A DNA stretch of 64,000 nt, taken from positions 9,175-73,174 of the forward strand of contig DASSRJ010000170.1 of NCBI GenBank assembly GCA_035701845.1. The letters are read 5' to 3'. The DNA comes from Pseudolabrys sp. GTDB taxonomy: Bacteria; Pseudomonadota; Alphaproteobacteria; Rhizobiales; Xanthobacteraceae. The notes below the pieces were generated by a model that worked only from the letters and a program-made list of their open reading frames with translations, ran no database searches and had not been told where the DNA came from. Position numbers and translations under genes: made by a program. Positions 57,787 to 64,000 of this stretch are shown piece after piece. Within the stretch, counting starts at the first letter, position 1, and every line of letters starts with the position of its first letter.

Positions 57787-59193
57787 ATGTCCAAGCGCAA
57801 CCTCACCTTTGTTTGCCAGAATTGCGCCGCCGCCTTCAGCCGTTGGCAGGGCAAATGCGAGGCTTGCGGCGAGTGGAACACGCTCAGCGAGGAAGGCGCC
57901 GAACGGCCGTCCGGGCCGGGTCGCAAACCGGGCCGGGGTCGTTTGTTTGCGCTCGAAGCCCTGACCGGAGAGGCCCACGAGGCCCCTCGCCTGGTGTCCG
58001 GGATTGCCGAATTCGACCGTGTCACCGGCGGCGGCTTCGTGCGCGGTTCGGTGCTTCTGGTCGGCGGTGACCCAGGCATTGGAAAGTCGACTTTGCTGAT
58101 TCAGACGGCGGCCGCGCTCGCACGCGCCGGTCACCGGGCGGTCTATATTTCCGGCGAGGAAGCGGTGGCTCAAGTACGTCTGCGGGCCGAGCGCCTCGGC
58201 TTGCGTGAAGCGGCTGTCGAACTGGCGGCGGAGACGTCGGTCGAGGACATCATCGCAACATTGTCGGAAGGGAAGATTCCGCGTCTGATTGTTATCGATT
58301 CAATCCAGACGATGTGGACCGACACGGTCGAATCTGCCCCGGGGACGGTGACGCAAGTTCGTGGCAGCGCACAGGCATTGATCCGCTTTGCCAAGAGGAC
58401 GGGCGCCTCAATCATCCTGGTCGGCCATGTTACCAAGGATGGGCAGATTGCCGGCCCGCGTGTCGTCGAACATATGGTTGATGCGGTGCTTTCGTTCGAG
58501 GGTGAGGGCCCGCACCAATTCCGCATTCTGCGCGCAGTCAAGAACCGGTTCGGACCGACCGATGAAATTGGTGTTTTTGAAATGACCGGTTTGGGTTTGC
58601 GCGAGGTTGCCAATCCGTCCGAGCTGTTTTTATCCGAGCGAGATCTTGGCCAGCCTGGTACCGCGGTCTTTGCAGGCATCGAAGGCACGCGGCCTTTGCT
58701 GGTCGAGATCCAGGCGCTTGTTGCACCCACCTCGCTCGGCACACCGCGGCGCGCAGTGGTCGGCTGGGATCCGAGCCGCCTGTCCATGATACTGGCGGTG
58801 CTCGAAGCCCATTGCGGAGTGCGGCTGGGCGGGCACGACGTCTACCTCAACGTGGCTGGCGGCATGCGCATTCAGGAGCCAGCCGGCGACCTTGCGGCGG
58901 CTGCGGCACTGGTTTCGTCCCTTGCGAACGCCCCTCTTCCGGCCGACGCCGTCTTTTTTGGAGAGGTATCGCTGTCGGGTGCGGTGCGCCCGGTGGCGCA
59001 AGGCGCTGCCAGGCTCAAAGAAGCGGCCAAGCTCGGATTCAATCGCGCCATTGTCCCTGAATCTGCGCGCGCCGAGACAGCTGAACCGGGCCTTAAGGTT
59101 ACCGACGTCAGCAGTCTTGCGGGCCTCGTCGCGGACATTGCTGCTCGTGGTAAAGCGCCCCGGCTCGTCAAAACTGGTGCACAAGACCGGTGA
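57787..59193 (+). CDS. radA: DNA repair protein RadA/Sms
   Basis: CQNC...CEAC zinc finger, GDPGIGKST, KNRFG and a Lon-like C-terminal domain. Confidence 0.97.
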   Translation: MSKRNLTFVCQNCAAAFSRWQGKCEACGEWNTLSEEGAERPSGPGRKPGRGRLFALEALTGEAHEAPRLVSGIAEFDRVTGGGFVRGSVLLVGGDPGIGKSTLLIQTAAALARAGHRAVYISGEEAVAQVRLRAERLGLREAAVELAAETSVEDIIATLSEGKIPRLIVIDSIQTMWTDTVESAPGTVTQVRGSAQALIRFAKRTGASIILVGHVTKDGQIAGPRVVEHMVDAVLSFEGEGPHQFRILRAVKNRFGPTDEIGVFEMTGLGLREVANPSELFLSERDLGQPGTAVFAGIEGTRPLLVEIQALVAPTSLGTPRRAVVGWDPSRLSMILAVLEAHCGVRLGGHDVYLNVAGGMRIQEPAGDLAAAAALVSSLANAPLPADAVFFGEVSLSGAVRPVAQGAARLKEAAKLGFNRAIVPESARAETAEPGLKVTDVSSLAGLVADIAARGKAPRLVKTGAQDR

Positions 59194-59415
59194 CGGCGGC
59201 CCGGCGCCCCGCTATATATGCGGCGCACCAAAACCAGCTCCGGCGGCCTCTTCCGGCACCCTGCAGCCAGCGCAGAAATGGGCTAAAAATTAAGCACTTA
59301 AGGTCGACATTGCCGCCCCTATCTGGAGCCGCTATGGCTGGCCCGGATTCGTCGCCCTGGCCCTGTGCCAGGCGCCACGGCGAACGCCTGTGCACGCGGA
59401 GCGCCTGAGCAACCG

Positions 59416-60006
59416 ATGCCGATCACGCTGCTCGACATCATTCTGCTGGCTGTCATGTTGATCTCGGGGCTGCTCGCCATGATCCGCGGGTTCATGCGCG
59501 AGATTCTGTCGATCGGCGCCTGGGGCGTCGCGGCCCTGGTGACGCTGTATTCATATTCGCGGCTGCTGCCGACGGCAAAGCAGTACTTCAGCAGCGACAT
59601 GGTTGCAGCAGCGGCAACGGCCGGCGGCGTTTTTCTGGCCACGCTCCTGGTCGTCTCGATCATCACCGCGCGCATTTCCGACATGGTGCTCGACAGCCGG
59701 GTCGGCGCGCTCGACCGCACGCTCGGATTTCTTTTCGGCTTGGGACGCGGCCTCATCATCGTCGTCGTCGCATTCCTGTTTTTCGCATGGCTGGTGCCCG
59801 ACCGCAGCCAACCGGAATGGGTGCGCAGCGCCAAGTCAAAAGTCGTGCTGCAAAACACGGGACAATGGCTGATGTCGATGTTGCCGGACGACCCCGAGAG
59901 CACCATCTTAAAGAGGCTGAAGAGGCCGAAGCCTGAGGATCAGGATGCCGACACTCCCGATCAGCGGTCCGAGCTATTGACGCAACCGAGAGCAAGCGTG
60001 CGGTGA
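59416..60006 (+). CDS. cvpA: CvpA (colicin V production) family protein
   Basis: RGFMRE and LDRTLGFLFG; overlaps the purF start. Confidence 0.92.
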   Translation: MPITLLDIILLAVMLISGLLAMIRGFMREILSIGAWGVAALVTLYSYSRLLPTAKQYFSSDMVAAAATAGGVFLATLLVVSIITARISDMVLDSRVGALDRTLGFLFGLGRGLIIVVVAFLFFAWLVPDRSQPEWVRSAKSKVVLQNTGQWLMSMLPDDPESTILKRLKRPKPEDQDADTPDQRSELLTQPRASVR

Positions 60007-61493
60007 CAATGGACAACCGAGACCTCGTGCCCGTGCCCGATGGAGCGTTCGATCCCGACGCCGACCGCCTGCGCGAGGAGTGCGGCGTCTTCGGCATTTT
60101 CGGTCATCCTGACGCCGCTGCTATCACAGCGCTCGGCCTGCACGCGCTTCAGCATCGCGGCCAGGAAGCCGCCGGAATCGTCTCCTTCGACGGCAAGCGC
60201 TTTCATTCCGAGCGCCGGCTTGGCCTCGTCGGCGACGCCTTTGCCCGCCGTGAGGTGATCGACCGCCTGCCGGGCACGTCTGCGATCGGGCATGTGCGCT
60301 ATTCGACCACCGGCGAGACGATTATCCGCAACGTGCAGCCGCTGTTCGCCGAGCTCAACGCCGGCGGCTTCGCCATCGGTCACAATGGCAACCTCACCAA
60401 CGGCATCAAGCTGCGACGCGACCTCGTGCATGAGGGCGCGATGATGCAGTCGACCACCGACACCGAAGTGATCCTGCACCTTGTGGCGCGGGCCAAGCGC
60501 AATCGTTTCGTCGATCGTTTCATCGAGGGCTTGCGCCAGCTCGAGGGCGCCTATGCCTTCGTCGGTCTCACCAACAAGAAATTGGTCGGCGCACGCGACC
60601 CGCTCGGGATCCGGCCGCTGGTCATCGGCAAGCTCGATGGCTGCCCTATCCTCGCGTCGGAAACCTGCGCGCTCGACATCATTGGTGCCCAATACGTGCG
60701 CGACGTCGAAAACGGTGAGGTCGTTATTTTCGAAGAAGACGGTGCCCAGTCGCACAAGCCGTTTCCACCGATGCCGGAGCGGCCGTGCATTTTCGAGTAC
60801 ATCTACTTTTCGCGGCCGGATTCGATCATCGGCGGTCGTCACGTCTACAACGTCCGCAAGACGATGGGTGCGCAACTGGCGCGCGAGGCGCCCGCGCCGG
60901 CCGACGTGATCATCCCCGTGCCGGATTCCGGCGTACCGGCCGCAATCGGATTTGCGCAGGAATCGGGAATTCCTTACGAGCTCGGCATCATCCGCAACCA
61001 CTATGTCGGTCGCACTTTCATCCAGCCGACGCAGGCGATCAGAGACCAGGGCGTCCGGCTCAAGCACTCCGCCAATCGTGCTGTCGTTGCGGGCAAGCGC
61101 ATTGTCCTTGTGGACGATTCCATCGTCCGCGGCACGACCTCGCGCAAGATCGTGCAGATGATGCGCGATGCCGGGGCCCGCGAAGTGCACTTCCGCATAG
61201 CCTCACCGCCGATCACCCACCCCGACTATTACGGCATCGACACCCCCGAGCGCGACAAGCTGCTCGCCGCAACCCACGATCTCGAGGGCATGCGGAAATT
61301 TATCGGGGCGGATTCACTCGCTTTCCTTTCGGTCGACGGAATCTATCGGGCGATGGGATTCGAGGGACGCGACCCCGTGCGGCCGCAGTTTACCGACCAC
61401 TGCTTCACCGGCGACTATCCGACACCGCTCACCGATCTCGCCGCACAGGAAGCCAGCCCGCGGCAGTTGTCGCTCCTGGCGGAAGCCATTTAA
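60003..61493 (+). CDS. purF: Amidophosphoribosyltransferase
   Basis: EECGVFG, LQHRGQE, GHVRYST, VPDSG and DDSIVRGTT. Confidence 0.98.
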   Translation: MTMDNRDLVPVPDGAFDPDADRLREECGVFGIFGHPDAAAITALGLHALQHRGQEAAGIVSFDGKRFHSERRLGLVGDAFARREVIDRLPGTSAIGHVRYSTTGETIIRNVQPLFAELNAGGFAIGHNGNLTNGIKLRRDLVHEGAMMQSTTDTEVILHLVARAKRNRFVDRFIEGLRQLEGAYAFVGLTNKKLVGARDPLGIRPLVIGKLDGCPILASETCALDIIGAQYVRDVENGEVVIFEEDGAQSHKPFPPMPERPCIFEYIYFSRPDSIIGGRHVYNVRKTMGAQLAREAPAPADVIIPVPDSGVPAAIGFAQESGIPYELGIIRNHYVGRTFIQPTQAIRDQGVRLKHSANRAVVAGKRIVLVDDSIVRGTTSRKIVQMMRDAGAREVHFRIASPPITHPDYYGIDTPERDKLLAATHDLEGMRKFIGADSLAFLSVDGIYRAMGFEGRDPVRPQFTDHCFTGDYPTPLTDLAAQEASPRQLSLLAEAI

Positions 61494-61513
61494 GACCGGT
61501 CATGGCCGGACCA

Positions 61514-62263
61514 ATGACCGGCGCACCCAAGCCCCTTTCCGACCGCATTGCTTTGGTCACCGGAGCCTCGCGTGGAATTGGCGCAGCGGTAGCGCTCGAG
61601 CTTGCGCAAGCCGGGGCCCATATCGTGGCCGTCGCGCGCACCGTCGGCGGGCTGGAAGAGCTTGATGACAAGATCAAGGCCGTCGGCAGTTCGTCGACCC
61701 TGGTGCCGCTCGACATGAAGGACAGCGACGGCATTGCCCGGCTCGCAATAGCTCTTAATGAGCGCTACCAGCGGCTCGATGTGCTGATCGGCAATGCCGG
61801 CATATTGGGAACTTTATCGCCGCTTTCACATTACGAGCCGAAAGATTGGGACAACATGATCGCGGTCAATGTCACCGCGAACTGGCAGCTCATCCGCTGC
61901 ATGGATGCCCTCCTCCAGCGTTCACAGTCCGGCCGTGCGGTATTCCTGACGTCGGGGGTTGCGCATTTGGGCCGTGCCTACTGGGGGCCTTACGCAGCGT
62001 CAAAGGCGGCGCTGGAGACCCTGGTGCGCACTTATGCAGCCGAAACCGCGACCACAAACGTGCGCGCCAACTTGTTCGGGCCCGGGCCCACGCGAACGCG
62101 CATGTATCTCGGCGCGTTCCCGGGCGTCGATCCATTGACACTGCCGACACCCGAGGAGGTCGCCAAGGCGATCCTGCCCCTTTGTCTGCCGGACTTCACG
62201 GAGTCCGGCAAGCTCTATGACTATCGCGACCGCAAGCTGAAGTCGTTTCAACCTCCGGCCTAG
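61514..62263 (+). CDS. SDR family oxidoreductase (YciK-like)
   Basis: TGASRGIG, YWGPYAASKAA and PGPTRTRM; start may be 61502. Confidence 0.9.
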   Translation: MTGAPKPLSDRIALVTGASRGIGAAVALELAQAGAHIVAVARTVGGLEELDDKIKAVGSSSTLVPLDMKDSDGIARLAIALNERYQRLDVLIGNAGILGTLSPLSHYEPKDWDNMIAVNVTANWQLIRCMDALLQRSQSGRAVFLTSGVAHLGRAYWGPYAASKAALETLVRTYAAETATTNVRANLFGPGPTRTRMYLGAFPGVDPLTLPTPEEVAKAILPLCLPDFTESGKLYDYRDRKLKSFQPPA

Positions 62264-62278
62264 TCGACTTCACTCCGA

Positions 62279-63640
62279 TCAATGCTTGCGCTTTGCCCGG
62301 CCTTTGTATGGATTATCCTTTTCGCGCAACGTCAGACGGATCGGCGTTCCCGGAAGATCAAATGTCTCGCGCAAAGAATTCAGCAGATACCGTTTGTAGG
62401 CATCGGGGACGGCATCGGCGCGGGTGCAGAAAATGACAAAACTGGGCGGACGGCTCTTGGCTTGCGTGATGTAATTGAGCCGCAGTGAACGCCCCGAAAC
62501 CGCGGGCGGCGGATGTGCGCTCACGGCATGCTCGAACCAGCGGTTCAGCCCGCTGGTCGGAATGCGCTTGTTCCAAATGTCATAGGCGTCGACGATTGCC
62601 TGCATCAAGCGGTCGAGCCCTTCACCGGTGAGGCCAGAGACGGCAACCAACGGCACGCCTTTGAGCTGGGTTAGTTTTTCCTCGGACTGCTCGCGCAGCC
62701 TGCCGATCGCTCCCGCCGTCTTGTCCTTCAGGTCCCATTTGTTGACGGCAATGACGATCGCGCGGCCTTCCTGCTCGACCATGTCGGCAATGCGTTGGTC
62801 CTGCTCTTCGAAGGCATTTTCAACATCAAGCAGCACAACCACGACCTCGGCAAAACGGACCGCATTGAGTGCGTCCGCGACCGAAAGTTTTTCCAGTTTC
62901 TCCTCGACGCGGGAGCGACGCCGCAGGCCGGCTGTGTCGTAAATCCGGAATTTGTGGTCCTGCCAGACATGCTCGACCGCAATCGCGTCGCGCGTGATAC
63001 CCGCCTCCGGTCCCGTGAGCAGCCGCTCCTCCCCGATCAGACGGTTGATCAATGTGGATTTTCCCGCATTGGGCCGGCCGACGATAGCGACGCGGATCGG
63101 ATGGGCTGAGTCCGGTTCGATGCCGGAAGGCTCGACCTCCGCATGCTCGGGCAGCACTGCCCGCAACGCATCGTAGAGATCGGACATGCCTTCGTCGTGC
63201 TCGGCCGAGACTGGTATCGGTTCGCCGAGACCGAGCGCATAGGCCTCGAGCCGTCCCGCCTCTCCGGCGGTGCCTTCACTCTTGTTGGCGACAAGAACGA
63301 CCGGCTTGCCGGATTTGCGTACGACATCCGCGAATGCGTGGTCGGCCGGTAGCGGGCCGGCGCGCGCATCGATCATAAAGAAGACAGCATTCGCCTGATC
63401 GATGGCCGCTTCAGTCTGCGCCCGCATGCGGCCCGGCAGGCTTTCCGGCGCGGATTGCTCGAGCCCGGCGGTGTCGATGACCGTGAAAGCAAGATCGCCG
63501 AGCCTGCCTTCGCCCTCGCGGCGGTCGCGGGTAACGCCCGGCCTGTCGTCGACGAGCGCAAGCCGGCGGCCGACCAGCCTGTTGAACAGGGTCGACTTAC
63601 CGACATTGGGGCGGCCGATAATGGCGACTGTGAATGGCAT
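62279..63640 (-). CDS. der: Ribosome biogenesis GTPase Der (EngA)
   Basis: Two G-domains (GRPNVGKS and GRPNAGKS), DTAG twice, and a KH-like C-terminus. Confidence 0.98.
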   Translation of the reverse strand: MPFTVAIIGRPNVGKSTLFNRLVGRRLALVDDRPGVTRDRREGEGRLGDLAFTVIDTAGLEQSAPESLPGRMRAQTEAAIDQANAVFFMIDARAGPLPADHAFADVVRKSGKPVVLVANKSEGTAGEAGRLEAYALGLGEPIPVSAEHDEGMSDLYDALRAVLPEHAEVEPSGIEPDSAHPIRVAIVGRPNAGKSTLINRLIGEERLLTGPEAGITRDAIAVEHVWQDHKFRIYDTAGLRRRSRVEEKLEKLSVADALNAVRFAEVVVVLLDVENAFEEQDQRIADMVEQEGRAIVIAVNKWDLKDKTAGAIGRLREQSEEKLTQLKGVPLVAVSGLTGEGLDRLMQAIVDAYDIWNKRIPTSGLNRWFEHAVSAHPPPAVSGRSLRLNYITQAKSRPPSFVIFCTRADAVPDAYKRYLLNSLRETFDLPGTPIRLTLREKDNPYKGRAKRKH

Positions 63641-63694
63641 TGAGTGACCGTCCGGCTGCACAAGGCGACCCAGGTTTTTAGCCTGCCACCGGTG

Positions 63695-64000
63695 TCAGCG
63701 CGAGAAGGTGCCGGGCTGCGGCGACGATGGCGACGATGGCCACGGTGACTGGGCCTGTTGCGGCGCCGGTTGCGGGCTTTGCTGCGGCCAAGGCGCCATT
63801 TGCTGGCTTGGGGCCGGTGTGGACTGCTGCGACGCCGTGCGCGGCTTCGCGGTGCGTTTTGGTTTTGGTTTTGGCTTCGGCTCAGATTCGGCAGCGGCGG
63901 ATTTTTTCTCCGGCTCAGTCTCGTCCGCGGCCTTGCCCTGTTCAGACGCAGGCGCCTGCAAAGCTTGCGCGGTTTCCGGCGGCGGTTGGTTGCCTTTTAT
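63695..64000 (-). CDS. 3' part of a Pro/Gln-rich hypothetical protein, truncated by the window edge
   Basis: Frame stays open to position 64000 (IKGNQPPPETAQAL...PWPSSPSSPQPGTFSR). Confidence 0.7.
   Translation of the reverse strand: MKGNQPPPETAQALQAPASEQGKAADETEPEKKSAAAESEPKPKPKPKRTAKPRTASQQSTPAPSQQMAPWPQQSPQPAPQQAQSPWPSSPSSPQPGTFSR

Noticed and set aside
60785-61513. Long N-terminal extensions in the ORF track (SDR from 60785, hdaA from 23418, Mo-enzyme from 30003, holC from 33236) read as fusions
   Set aside because: They overlap genuine upstream genes in another frame; homology begins at the downstream starts.
1-64000. Mobile elements, prophage, CRISPR, defence systems, inteins, rRNA
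   Set aside because: No transposase, integrase, phage, Cas, nuclease or toxin-antitoxin signature, no regularly spaced repeats, and dnaB is of ordinary length.

Overview
GC-rich alphaproteobacterial chromosome segment, inferred Hyphomicrobiales/Rhizobiales from gene order and motif types. About 13.4-64 kb is mostly conserved housekeeping synteny: aspS, rnd, ppx-ppk, hdaA/AI-2E/CDP-alcohol transferase divergent from purM-purN, ndk, holC-pepA divergent from lptF-lptG-lptD-surA-pdxA-rsmA, fabD-fabG-acpP-fabF-mltG-yicC-gmk, rpsF-rpsR-DUF2232-rplI, cfa, dnaB-alr-radA-cvpA-purF and der. The first ~13 kb is accessory-like: many small exported proteins of unknown function plus envelope redox and c-di-GMP genes (DsbA-like, Tat-type Gpx, DoxX, PilZ, two-Cys sensor EAL, orphan ClpS). 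Best novelty candidate: an upstream ORF at 2227-2616 with a signal/TM segment, Cys/His residues and a C-terminal RGPP motif followed by a C-rich spacer, directly ahead of a twin-arginine DsbA-like gene. It looks like a CruR/DUF2946-type ribosome-arrest regulator controlling a disulfide oxidoreductase; this is inference and untested. Other candidates: an orphan sRNA (~9592-9697), a secreted ClpP-fold-like protein lacking the family His and tail-to-tail with clpS, and a frameshifted DoxX relic between two tandem DoxX genes. I saw no tRNA, rRNA, CRISPR array, transposase, integrase or phage genes. Starts were chosen by RBS and homology judgement and are less certain than stops.
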